In this document: piece by piece, positions 27,564-36,813 of the stretch | How positions within the stretch are numbered: position 1 is the first letter of the stretch | Layout: every line of letters begins with the position of its first letter | Source of the DNA: Candidatus Pacearchaeota archaeon | GTDB taxonomy: Archaea > Nanobdellota > Nanobdellia > Pacearchaeales > GW2011-AR1 | NCBI GenBank assembly: GCA_040879765.1 | Contig: JBBDJQ010000001.1 | Coordinates: 204,263-268,262 of the forward strand | Direction of reading: 5' to 3' | DNA: 64,000 nucleotides | The notes under the pieces: model-generated | Databases searched by the model: none | The model's input: the letters and a program-made list of their open reading frames with translations, nothing else | What the model was told of the DNA's origin: nothing | Translations under genes and position numbers: made by a program

Positions 27564-29576
27564 TTACATCTTTTGAACATAACCCGAACGTGGTTCATAA
27601 ATTATGCTGTTTTTAATTAGTTCTGTTATAGCTTCATCAATTTCGTCTTTTTCTAATTTTCCCTCTAGTTCTTTTTCTATTTCTTCTATAGGAATTAAAT
27701 CTCCGACCTTGTTTTTTAATTGATTTATAGTGTCTCTAACTATGAAAACCTTATTTCTTTTTGAAGTTGACATTCCAGAAATTCTATCTATGTCTATGGT
27801 TTTTGATTCGTAGTCATAACCAACTTGCATAAGATAATATTTCATTATATCTATGGATTTTTTTGCATCCTCTTTTGTGACGATGCTATCTAAGCGTACT
27901 TTTGCAGAAGCTTCAGACATTCTAATCAAGGCTTCTAATTGTCTTGCAGAGATTGGGATTGGTCTTAGAGAGGCATCTGAAGATACCTGTGAATTTCTCA
28001 AATCTATGTAGAATTTTTCTATTTCTTGAATTGCTTCCTCACTTAATTTTGGAACTATTTTCTGTTTTGAATAAGCAACATATTTTCTGAACATTTCTCT
28101 TGGGATTATCATCGCTTTTCCTTCTTTTCTGTGTTCGTCTAAAATGTGCCGTGCAATCAAGGTGTCTTTCTCTCTGTTTGGAATATCTCTTAATGTAAAT
28201 ATAACATCAAAACGATTTATTAAAGTTGGAGGCAAATCAATTTGCTGCGAGATTGATTGAAAAGGGTCGAATCTACCGAACTTTGGATTCGCTGCCGCTA
28301 AAACAGAGGTTTCGGCTTTTAGGGTCGCTTGAACATTCGCCTTACTTATTGTTATGGTTTGCTGTTCCATTGCCTCATGCATTGAGGATCGATCCTGAGG
28401 GTCCATTTTTTCTAATTCATCTATGCAAACTAAACCTTTATTTGCAAGAACCATTGCTCCTGCTTCCAAAGACCAACCTCTCAGGTATTCGTCTCTTACA
28501 ACTGTTGCTGTTAGTCCTGCTCCAGACGCAGATTTACCAACAACATATCTTCCTTTTGGAGAAATCTCAGCCATGAAATTAAGTGTGACGGATTTTGCAA
28601 CCCCCGGGTCTCCTATAAGGAGTATGTGTATGTCTCCCCGAGATCTTTGCCCATCTATGTGGATTTTTTTTACACCTCCAAAAAGTTGAAGGATCAGGGA
28701 TCTTTTTATTTCCTCGTGGCCCCAAACTGATGGAACAATGCTTTTTGCAAGCTTGTCAAAAATTTCTGGGTCTTTTGAAAGTTCAAGTATTTCTTTTTCA
28801 TCTTCTTCACTTATGTCTAATTCTTCAAAGGTTTCTTCAAGAGCTATAAGATTGTTAACTTCTATAGCTAATTCAAACCTTGTTGACAATCCTCCAGAGG
28901 CTAATGGAACTGGAACTTCTTTCAAAACTCCGATTACTTTTACTCTACTACCTGGAGTTGTCTTTTCCTCCATTCTTGGCTCAACTAAATCTTCTTTTAC
29001 AAAAACATTTAGTCTTTTTGGTTGCTCTCCTCCAGAAAGAGATTCTGGAGATTCTTCAATTACTAATCTTTGAGTATCAACCATCTTTCTACTTACTTGC
29101 CTGAATCCACCTTTTCTTCCACATGAACACCTTGTAGGTTCTCTGAATTTTTTTTCTAGTTGCATTACTCCCTGAATTGTCCCACAGCTTGGACATTCAA
29201 AAGAAGCTTGAATAACCTGGGGTCTTACATCACTTGCTTGGCGAATAATCCCCTCAACAACAACCATCTCATTTAGATTTCTAGAACGAATATTCCTTAT
29301 CTTTATTTGCAAACTAGCAGGCATGTTGAACAATCTTACTCTGACGTTCTTTAACATTGGGGAATCTTCTATTGCCAATTCTATTAAGCTAAGAACTTCT
29401 TCGGGATTTGATAGTGTTTCTTCAGAAAGTTTACTTGAAAACTCTGAAAGCTTCATAAAGTCTATGAAAATAACGTTGTTTCCTTGCTTTATTGAGTCTG
29501 CTAACTCTCTTTTATGGAAATCAAAAAAATTCTTCGCCTCTATTATTAATGCTTCTTTTGTCTTCGCCTCTGCCAT
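27564..29576 (-). CDS. mcm: Replicative MCM helicase
   Basis: CPSC...CSC zinc finger, GDPGVAKS, VCIDELEKM, AAANPKFGRF, ARQLEALIR; no intein. Confidence 0.97.
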   Translation of the reverse strand: MAEAKTKEALIIEAKNFFDFHKRELADSIKQGNNVIFIDFMKLSEFSSKLSEETLSNPEEVLSLIELAIEDSPMLKNVRVRLFNMPASLQIKIRNIRSRNLNEMVVVEGIIRQASDVRPQVIQASFECPSCGTIQGVMQLEKKFREPTRCSCGRKGGFRQVSRKMVDTQRLVIEESPESLSGGEQPKRLNVFVKEDLVEPRMEEKTTPGSRVKVIGVLKEVPVPLASGGLSTRFELAIEVNNLIALEETFEELDISEEDEKEILELSKDPEIFDKLAKSIVPSVWGHEEIKRSLILQLFGGVKKIHIDGQRSRGDIHILLIGDPGVAKSVTLNFMAEISPKGRYVVGKSASGAGLTATVVRDEYLRGWSLEAGAMVLANKGLVCIDELEKMDPQDRSSMHEAMEQQTITISKANVQATLKAETSVLAAANPKFGRFDPFQSISQQIDLPPTLINRFDVIFTLRDIPNREKDTLIARHILDEHRKEGKAMIIPREMFRKYVAYSKQKIVPKLSEEAIQEIEKFYIDLRNSQVSSDASLRPIPISARQLEALIRMSEASAKVRLDSIVTKEDAKKSIDIMKYYLMQVGYDYESKTIDIDRISGMSTSKRNKVFIVRDTINQLKNKVGDLIPIEEIEKELEGKLEKDEIDEAITELIKNSIIYEPRSGYVQKM

Positions 29577-29664
29577 ATATGAAATTTAGAGGCGATTTGT
29601 TTTTATAGTTTGTTGTTAAAAATTAAGCATAATCAAGAATAATGGTTATTTCTTAAGAGTAAAA

Positions 29665-30222
29665 TTAGTAATTCTTCAAAGCAGCTTTAACATTTTTAAG
29701 AAGTTGGGTCATACTTTCTTCCAATTGCTGTTTGTTCTTTGTTCCAGTACAAACGAGCTTTCCATTAGAGAAAAGAAGAAATGTGGCATTTGGTTCGATT
29801 AATTTATAAACTAAACCAGGGAATTGTTCTGGTTCATATTCGGTATTTTCCATTTCTAAAGCTAAGAAATTCAAATTAAGTTTGAGGTCTATGGTTCCTG
29901 AAGCAACAATATTTTGAACAGTTACTTTGGGTTTTATAGTAATTTTAATATTTATTTTTTTAAGTTGTTTTATCACTTCTTGAATTACTTTGTTAACTTG
30001 AGTAATTGATTTTGTTCCAGTGCAAACAAGGTTTCCTGAGGAGAATACCAAGACTGCTGATTTTGGTTCTTTGACCCTTAAAACCAAACCAGGGAATGTT
30101 TTTGGGTTATATTCAGTGTTTGGTTGATTTTTTGCAAGCTTAACTAATGGAATAGGTTTTTCTAAAGAAGTTGTTGCAACAATATTTTGAATTTGATAGT
30201 TGCTTTTAGATTTTGCTGCCAT
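29665..30222 (-). CDS. tbp: TATA-box binding protein
   Basis: Two repeats NIVA...EYxPExFPGLV...LxFSxGxLVCTG. Confidence 0.97.
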   Translation of the reverse strand: MAAKSKSNYQIQNIVATTSLEKPIPLVKLAKNQPNTEYNPKTFPGLVLRVKEPKSAVLVFSSGNLVCTGTKSITQVNKVIQEVIKQLKKINIKITIKPKVTVQNIVASGTIDLKLNLNFLALEMENTEYEPEQFPGLVYKLIEPNATFLLFSNGKLVCTGTKNKQQLEESMTQLLKNVKAALKNY

Positions 30223-30267
30223 TTTATTCTATTTATAAAAGAAAGCTATTTATAAAGGTTTTTGGAA

Positions 30268-31980
30268 TCAACCATATACATAATTTCTTTTTTGATTTGC
30301 GAAATCTTTTTTGAGTTCATCCAATGTATTAACTTCTGAAATGTGTTTATCTGGTCTTAAGGTTATGAATCTTGGAAATCTTAAAGCCCAACCAGAGTTA
30401 TAATTTGGAGATTTTTGAATTTGCTGATATGTTACTGCAACTACTATTTTTGGTTTTATTTCTACAGACTTTCCTTTTTCCTTTGTTATGTAAGGTTTCA
30501 ATAAATTGGTTAGAGATTCAAATGTTATATCTTCTTCTCCTGCTTCAGATTTTTCCTTTATCCCTATTCCAACTTTTCCGACTTCTAAATATTTCTCTCC
30601 ATGTTTACAAGAGATAATAAAACTTGACATCCAGCCTCCTCTTTTTCCAGCACCATATTCTGCACCAGTGATAACTAAATCTAAATCCCTTTCTTCTGGT
30701 TTCATCTTAACCATGTTCCCAACTCTTCTTCCAGGCCTGTATGGAGATTCAAGATTTTTGAACATAATCCCTTCTTGTGAATTTTTCAAAGCTTCTTTAT
30801 AGAATTTTTCAGCTTTATTTTCATCATCAGTAATTAATTGTTTGGAGGAAATTATTTTGTAGGGTTTATCTGTGACTATTTTCCTAAGTAACTTTGTTCT
30901 TTTTTTGAAAGGTTCATTTAACATAGATTTCCCATTGTGGTAGAGTATATCGAAAATATTTAACTCAACTGGAAGTTCATCTTGTAGTTTTTGAATATCG
31001 TATTTCCTCCTTATTCTTTGACTTATTTTTTGGAAATCAGTGTACTCTTTTGTTTTTTTATCATAGCCTACTGCTTCAGAATCTAAGATGAATGACTTTC
31101 CTTTGACATATTTTTTTATGTAATTAACAACTTCTGGAAATTGATTTGTTACGTTTTCTAAACTTCTTGTAAATACAATTAATTTGTCATCTTGCTTATG
31201 GATCAACATTCTGAAGCCATCATATTTATATTCTAGGGCACAAGGGCATCCAACTTCCTTAAACCCTTCTTTTATTGATGTGACTTTTTTTGGAAGCATA
31301 GCTTTTATTGGCTTTCCAATTTTAAGATGGACTTTTTCTAAATCTTTTAATTTCCCTTTTTTTGCAATTCCAAAAACCTCAGAGATGTCATTTGCTTTAT
31401 CTATTGTTTCTTGTATTTTTAGTGAACATTCTTTATCTCCTTTGAAAAACGCAGAACATAGGGCTTCACGAATTGTACTTTCTTGAACCCCAATTCTTAA
31501 ATCTCCAATTAAAGTCCTTACTAAATATTGTGAACCTATTGGGGAAGCAGAGGTCAAAAGTTCTGTGATTAATGCAAGTTTTTTATTAATGGATCCTTTA
31601 CCTTCTAACTCTGGAAGTTTCCTTAAATTACTCAAAACTTTTTCTGTTGTCAATGCAATTTCATGAAGTGTGGATTGTTTCTTTTTCTTTTTTAATTTCT
31701 CGGCAACTTGCCCTAAATCTCCAAGATTTTTCCACTCCTTGACTACTTCATTTTTATCTGTCCCAACTGCAAGAGCAATAGATTTTATGGCTAATTGATT
31801 GCTTATCCCGATTCTTCTTTGATCGCTTTCAGGATAAATATCTCCCATAAGAAGGTACATGACTTCTTTGTCTAACTCATGGACTTGAGTTAAAAATTTA
31901 GAAAGAATTTTTATTTTTTCAAGTCTTTTTGTCGTTGAAGCTAAGGCTTCATAAGTTTCAGCGAGTTTCTTGTAAAGCAT
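30268..31980 (-). CDS. lig: ATP-dependent DNA ligase
   Basis: EYKYDGFR, ILDSEAV, EGIMFK, YRPGRR, ALRFPRF. Confidence 0.97.
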   Translation of the reverse strand: MLYKKLAETYEALASTTKRLEKIKILSKFLTQVHELDKEVMYLLMGDIYPESDQRRIGISNQLAIKSIALAVGTDKNEVVKEWKNLGDLGQVAEKLKKKKKQSTLHEIALTTEKVLSNLRKLPELEGKGSINKKLALITELLTSASPIGSQYLVRTLIGDLRIGVQESTIREALCSAFFKGDKECSLKIQETIDKANDISEVFGIAKKGKLKDLEKVHLKIGKPIKAMLPKKVTSIKEGFKEVGCPCALEYKYDGFRMLIHKQDDKLIVFTRSLENVTNQFPEVVNYIKKYVKGKSFILDSEAVGYDKKTKEYTDFQKISQRIRRKYDIQKLQDELPVELNIFDILYHNGKSMLNEPFKKRTKLLRKIVTDKPYKIISSKQLITDDENKAEKFYKEALKNSQEGIMFKNLESPYRPGRRVGNMVKMKPEERDLDLVITGAEYGAGKRGGWMSSFIISCKHGEKYLEVGKVGIGIKEKSEAGEEDITFESLTNLLKPYITKEKGKSVEIKPKIVVAVTYQQIQKSPNYNSGWALRFPRFITLRPDKHISEVNTLDELKKDFANQKRNYVYG

Positions 31981-32058
31981 GTGATTCCACTCACTTCGTT
32001 CGTTGCATATGCTTAGCCAGGAAATAGGCGATTCCGCTTCGTTGCATATGCTTAGCCA
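31981..32058. repeat. Modular repeat family (locus 3)
   Basis: Abuts the lig ATG directly; two internal GATTCC...GCATATGCTTAGCC sub-units. Confidence 0.95.
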
Positions 32059-32121
32059 TTTTAATTTTTCGAAATAATTTTCCTCTTTAGAAAATCAAGA
32101 AATGGAAGTTTTTAAGTTTGA

Positions 32122-32694
32122 TTATTTCCCTTTCCTACCTTGTGCCCTTATACTTGGTCTTACCTTAAGCTCTCTGGATTTTTTTCTTAATCCTCTAGAT
32201 TTGTTTCCTGCCGATGTCAATCCCCTGAAAACTCTGCCTTTGTTTGCAGGTGTCGTAATCCACTTAAGCTTTTTATCTGATTTTATTTCTGGCCTATTTG
32301 GGTCGACTAAGATTACTTCATAGAAATAATGAATTCCATCTTTTCCAATATTGTAGGAATTTAGCACTTCTAAATTCTTGTATTTTCTTCCTGCTCTTTG
32401 CTCTGCAATCCACTTATAATTCATCTTAAGATTCTTTCTTGTGTGCAATCTCTTAGATCTACGTCCTTTGTTTGGTCTGGGTCTTTTGTGCCCTCCCCTC
32501 TTTAATTTTACTCTTAAGATTGTAAATCCTTTCTTATCCTTGTATCCCAAAGCTCTAGCCCTATCTAGTCTTAGAGGTTTATCAACCCTAGTTATTGATT
32601 GGCTTTTTCTCCATTCAACCATTCTTTCCCTAAGTGTTTTTTTCTCTGGCTTTTTCCAAGCTTCCTTTATGTAATGATATAATCCTTTAACCAT
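32122..32694 (-). CDS. rpl15e: 50S ribosomal protein L15e
   Basis: RLDRARALGYK, NLEVLNSY, RVFRGLTSAG. Confidence 0.97.
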   Translation of the reverse strand: MVKGLYHYIKEAWKKPEKKTLRERMVEWRKSQSITRVDKPLRLDRARALGYKDKKGFTILRVKLKRGGHKRPRPNKGRRSKRLHTRKNLKMNYKWIAEQRAGRKYKNLEVLNSYNIGKDGIHYFYEVILVDPNRPEIKSDKKLKWITTPANKGRVFRGLTSAGNKSRGLRKKSRELKVRPSIRAQGRKGK

Positions 32695-32733
32695 GTGCGA
32701 TTAGTCATACGCTTCGACAATTTGTGCTGAAGC
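32695..32733. repeat. Modular repeat family (locus 4)
   Basis: GTGCGATTAGTCATACGCTTCGACAATTTGTGCTGAAGC matches the unit plus spacer at 24772-24808; abuts the rpl15e ATG. Confidence 0.85.
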
Positions 32734-32892
32734 AATGTTTATTATTTATCAAAGAAAAAAGTGGTTTTTAAATCTTAGGATTTTGAACCCCAAAAATTTG
32801 AACTGGATCTCCACGCAAACTAAAGAAAATTTTGTAGGTTTTAAAGTTTCTTAAACAAACTTTTTTAAATTGATTATTGTATTTGATTCTGA

Positions 32893-32967
32893 GAGCCTGT
32901 AGCTCAGCCTGGTTAGAGCACTACTCTGATAAGGTAGGGGTCCAAGGTTCAAATCCTTGCAGGCTCA
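32893..32967 (+). tRNA. tRNA-Ile(GAT)
   Basis: GAGCCTG/CAGGCTC acceptor, CTACT-CTGATAA-GGTAG, T-loop TTCAAAT. Confidence 0.96.
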
Positions 32968-32977
32968 TTTATATTAA

Positions 32978-33259
32978 TTGAAAATGGAAAGTGAGAAATG
33001 CTCTTATTGCGGAAATGAATCCAAACATTTTTCTGCTCCAGACATGGACGGAGAAGTTAGAGGATTTTGCACAGAACACTTCGTTAAAGAATTTGAAGGA
33101 AAGGAGTTGTTTTTGAGAAATTATTTAGATTCTCTTATGAATGATTTTTCTAAGACTGGAGAAATTGGAGAGAGGGATAAGAAGGCTTTGTTTGAGATAG
33201 AAAAAAATTTCCCAGAAATAGCTGAAGAATTTAGATTTCTTCTCGATGAAGCTAGGTAA
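32978..33259 (+). CDS. Hypothetical protein with CxxC...CxxH motif
   Basis: CSYC...FCTEH; 10 nt after the tRNA 3' end. Confidence 0.6.
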   Translation: MKMESEKCSYCGNESKHFSAPDMDGEVRGFCTEHFVKEFEGKELFLRNYLDSLMNDFSKTGEIGERDKKALFEIEKNFPEIAEEFRFLLDEAR

Positions 33260-33919
33260 TTATTCTTTGGAATCTAATTCGATAAGCAATTTACCTTTAG
33301 AAAAATTGTAGTCAATTATTGGGAAGCTTATAGGAATTATTTTTGTATAAGCTTTGTTTTTTGTTCTGGCTCTTATTTCTATGTTGTTTTCAAGTCTTGT
33401 TATTGAAATATCTTTTAAGGATTTTACTCCTGGAATATTTATTTCATAAATAACTTTATCTGAAAATCTTCTTACATTTGTTCTTGGCTCATTTTTTGGA
33501 AGTTCGGAGAAACCTTCTAAATTATTTTGAGGCAATTCCAAATCCATAAACTCTTCTTTTATTTCGTGTTTCTTTTTCTTTGTTGTTTTCTTTGGATTTG
33601 GGTTATCGATTCTTTTTCCATTTATGAATAGTTGGAAATTTGATTTTGGTTCTTGATGGTTTTGCTTATTTGCTTCTTTTTGCATTTCTTTTTCAAGCAT
33701 TTTTATTGCATTTTCAAACATTTTCCCAACAACTTTTCCTCCTACTCCTCCAAATAAAGAATTTTGTATGTCTTCTAATCCGTTTAGTAAATCATCTTCC
33801 CCTAACATTCCAGAATCCTTTTTTGATTTTTTATCGCAAAGATTTCCACAATGTGGGCAAAACAAATATTTACTATTTACACCTTCTCCGCACCTCTTAC
33901 ACTTCTTCTTGTTGAACAT
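33260..33919 (-). CDS. Zinc-ribbon plus Hsp20/alpha-crystallin-like protein
   Basis: N-terminal CKRC..CPHCG; C-terminal YEINIPGV...YNFSKGKLLIEL. Confidence 0.75.
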   Translation of the reverse strand: MFNKKKCKRCGEGVNSKYLFCPHCGNLCDKKSKKDSGMLGEDDLLNGLEDIQNSLFGGVGGKVVGKMFENAIKMLEKEMQKEANKQNHQEPKSNFQLFINGKRIDNPNPKKTTKKKKHEIKEEFMDLELPQNNLEGFSELPKNEPRTNVRRFSDKVIYEINIPGVKSLKDISITRLENNIEIRARTKNKAYTKIIPISFPIIDYNFSKGKLLIELDSKE

Positions 33920-34025
33920 ATTTCATTCAATGTCTGTGCTTTTAAATAATTTATTGTCTTCTGTTCTCGAGGTTCTAAAAATCACTTTTAAGAAGTTTTT
34001 TATAGGCAATATTTGTTAGATTTTA

Positions 34026-34418
34026 ATGAAAACAATACAAGAATCTAGAAAAATAGAGTCTGTTAGAAGTCCTCATGTTCGGTATCATTGGGAATCCTCA
34101 AAAGATGATAAGGGAATTTTGAAATATGGTGTGCTGGTGGTTAGCAAATATAGGGTTCAAAGAGAAGAAATTATGGATAGGATTTTTGGAGATATCGCGT
34201 CTATTCATTCTGGCATAGAAGTTCTTAGAGAAGTTGAGGGAAGTATTTTGAATAGTCATGGGCTTAGATACTTGTTTAATCAGTTTGATACTCCAGTAAA
34301 ACCCTCTGAGATTCAATGGCATGATTTTGGTTTGCCTGTTGTCCGAGATAGAGGATTGTATGAGCGTGTTAAGAAAGGGGCCAGTGTTGAGGCTTATATC
34401 GAAAGCCTTTTTAGTTAG
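34026..34418 (+). CDS. Hypothetical protein
   Basis: 130 aa; TTTTTATA 22 nt upstream. Confidence 0.6.
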   Translation: MKTIQESRKIESVRSPHVRYHWESSKDDKGILKYGVLVVSKYRVQREEIMDRIFGDIASIHSGIEVLREVEGSILNSHGLRYLFNQFDTPVKPSEIQWHDFGLPVVRDRGLYERVKKGASVEAYIESLFS

Positions 34419-34448
34419 GTTTTTATAACTCTTTAATTTGTTTTTCTA

Positions 34449-35828
34449 ATGGTAAAGAAATTTTATGTGACAACAGCAATAGACTATGTTAATGGAAAAC
34501 CCCACATAGGACATGCGTTTGAGAAAGTTTTAGCTGATGCTTTAGTTAGATGGAATAAGCTAAATGGAAAGAGGGTTTGGTTCCTTACTGGGACAGACGA
34601 TAATGCCCAGAAGAATGCATTGATTGCTAAAGAAAAAGGGATCCCTGTTAAAAAATTTGTTTCCGAAAATGCTAAGAGATTCCAAGAGTTGTGTGATTCC
34701 TTAAATGTAAAGTATGATAGATTCATAAGAACAGTTGATAAAGACCATGTTAAAAAATCACAAGAAATTTTTAAGAAGGTTTTTGATAGGGGGGAAATTT
34801 ATAAAGGAAAATATGAGGGCTCTTATTGTCAAGGATGTGAAGCTTTCAAAACAGAGAAAGATTTAGTTGATGGAAAATGTCCTGAGCATGATAAAAAACC
34901 AGAATGGCTTTCAGAAGCTGCATATTTTTTTAAACTTAGTAAATATAAATCTAAAATTTTGAAGTTTGCTGAAAGCTATATTGTTCCAGATTCAAGAAAA
35001 AATGAAATTATTACAAGGATTAAATCTGAAGGCTTGAAGGATTTATGTGTTTCAAGAACAAATTTAGATTGGGGAATTGACTCTCCAATAGATAAGAAAT
35101 TCAAGATTTATGTTTGGTTTGATGCTTTGATTAATTATATCTCTGGATCTGGAAAAAATGAAGAAAACTGGCCAGCCGACGTACATGTGATTGGAAAAGG
35201 AATTAATTGGTTTCACTCTGTTATTTGGCCTGCAATTTTACTTTCTTCTGGATATGAAAAACCTAAGAAACTTTTGGTTCATGGATATTTAAATATTCAC
35301 GGGAAGAAAATATCTAAATCTTTAGGAAATGTAATTGATCCTTTAGAACTTGTTGAAAAGTATGGTTCTGATGCTGTAAGGTATTCTCTTTTGAGATGCT
35401 CTGTTTTTGAAGATTCTGATTACTCAGAGGAAATTTTAATTCAAAGAAATAATGATGAACTTGCTGATAAGCTTGGCAATCTTGTTTCAAGAGTTTCTGC
35501 TTTAGTTGAGAAATATGGTTTGGAAAAAAGTGAAGGAAATCTGATTAAGGATTTAAACCTGAATGAAATAGAAAGATATTTGGAGAACTTTGAATTTGAC
35601 AAGGCCCTGTTAGAAATTTTTTATTTTTTAGGAAAATGTAATGAGTATATTCAAGTAAAAAAACCCTGGGAAACTAAAGATAAAAAAGTTTTATATGAAT
35701 TGGTTGAAGCTATAAGAAAAATAAATCCTTATCTTGGGATTTTTATTCCAAGAGCTTCGGAGAAAATTGAGAATATTTTCAAAACTGATAAAATTGAAAA
35801 AGCTCCAATTTTGTTTAAGAAGATTTAG
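34449..35828 (+). CDS. metG: Methionyl-tRNA synthetase, short single-knuckle type
   Basis: TTAIDYVNGKPHIGH, TGTDD, YCQGCEAF...CPEH, YVWFDALINY, KISKS. Confidence 0.95.
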   Translation: MVKKFYVTTAIDYVNGKPHIGHAFEKVLADALVRWNKLNGKRVWFLTGTDDNAQKNALIAKEKGIPVKKFVSENAKRFQELCDSLNVKYDRFIRTVDKDHVKKSQEIFKKVFDRGEIYKGKYEGSYCQGCEAFKTEKDLVDGKCPEHDKKPEWLSEAAYFFKLSKYKSKILKFAESYIVPDSRKNEIITRIKSEGLKDLCVSRTNLDWGIDSPIDKKFKIYVWFDALINYISGSGKNEENWPADVHVIGKGINWFHSVIWPAILLSSGYEKPKKLLVHGYLNIHGKKISKSLGNVIDPLELVEKYGSDAVRYSLLRCSVFEDSDYSEEILIQRNNDELADKLGNLVSRVSALVEKYGLEKSEGNLIKDLNLNEIERYLENFEFDKALLEIFYFLGKCNEYIQVKKPWETKDKKVLYELVEAIRKINPYLGIFIPRASEKIENIFKTDKIEKAPILFKKI

Positions 35829-35840
35829 GTCGATTAAGAA

Positions 35841-35911
35841 TGCGCCAGCCGGGAATCGAACCCAGGTCACAAGCTTGGGAAGCTCATATTCTGCCACTAA
35901 ACCACTGACGC
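35841..35911 (-). tRNA. tRNA-Gly(CCC)
   Basis: GCGTCAG/CTGGCGC acceptor, TGAGC-TTCCCAA-GCTTG, T-loop TTCGATT. Confidence 0.95.
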
Positions 35912-35952
35912 ATAGATTTTAAAAAACTAGTTTATTCATAAGTTTTACTAGA

Positions 35953-36312
35953 ATGATTAAAATATATTATAATCCGGCGTGCTCGAAGTGCAGAAATGCA
36001 AGGTCTTTCTTTGATGAAAAGGGAGTTGAATATGAGATTTATGAATATTTGGAAAAGGGATTGAGCATAGAAGAGCTGAGGAAAATACTTGATCTTGGGA
36101 ATTTGGACGCCAAAGAAATAGCGAGGATTAATGATGAAGAATATAGAGAATTTTCTGAAGGAAAGGATCTCAGCGAGGATGAAGTTCTTGGTTTAATATC
36201 AAAAAATCCCAGACTCTTGCAAAGACCCATAATTGTTGGAGAGGACTTTGCAATCGTTGCAAGAGATGAAGATTCTTTAAATAAAGTTAAAACTTTAGTA
36301 AGAGATGATTAA
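35953..36312 (+). CDS. ArsC/Spx-family protein
   Basis: IYYNPACSKCRNA, PRLLQRPII. Confidence 0.88.
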   Translation: MIKIYYNPACSKCRNARSFFDEKGVEYEIYEYLEKGLSIEELRKILDLGNLDAKEIARINDEEYREFSEGKDLSEDEVLGLISKNPRLLQRPIIVGEDFAIVARDEDSLNKVKTLVRDD

Positions 36313-36649
36313 AAAAGAAATAAATTTTGAGGATTGGGAAAATCTTGATATAAGAATTGGAAAAATTGTCAAGGTTGATGAAATAGAAGGAGCAGATAAA
36401 CTTTACAAATTAAATGTAAGCTTTGGAGAGGAGATTGGAGAAAGGACAATTTGCGCTGGAATAAAACAATATATTTCAAAAGAAGAGTTAGAGGGAAAGA
36501 AGTCTCCTTTTCTTGTTAATTTGGCTCCAAGAAAATTAAAAGGAGTTGAAAGTCAGGGGATGATTTTGGCTGCTGGTTCAAGGGAAGAAAATAAATTTGT
36601 TCTGCTTGAACTAAGTGAAGATATTGAAGAAGGAAGCAAGGTTAGTTAA
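36305..36649 (+). CDS. Stand-alone tRNA-binding OB protein (Trbp111/MetRS C-domain-like)
   Basis: FEDWENLDIRIGKI, ADKLYKL, NLAPRKLKGVESQGMILA. Confidence 0.9.
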   Translation: MIKKEINFEDWENLDIRIGKIVKVDEIEGADKLYKLNVSFGEEIGERTICAGIKQYISKEELEGKKSPFLVNLAPRKLKGVESQGMILAAGSREENKFVLLELSEDIEEGSKVS

Positions 36650-36660
36650 TCCTGACGTCG

Positions 36661-36745
36661 GCTCGCTTCTGTTGAATGGGGAGAAGAATGCAAAATTTTT
36701 TGTTTATTAGATATAAATTTTATTAATGGGCGAGCGGAGCGAGTG
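36661..36745. repeat. Imperfect inverted repeat with CGAGCGGAGCGAG arm
   Basis: GCTCGCTTC (36661-36669) can pair with GGAGCGAGT (36736-36744) around an AT-rich loop. Confidence 0.45.
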
Positions 36746-36813
36746 ATATTTGAATTTTAAAATGCATAATAATTCATGATAAAGTATTTAAGTGGGGATT
36801 TTTTTGAGTTTTT

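Noticed and set aside
32893-33259. Integrated element at the tRNA-Ile 3' end
   Set aside because: There is only one small ORF, with no integrase and no duplicated tRNA 3' fragment in the window.
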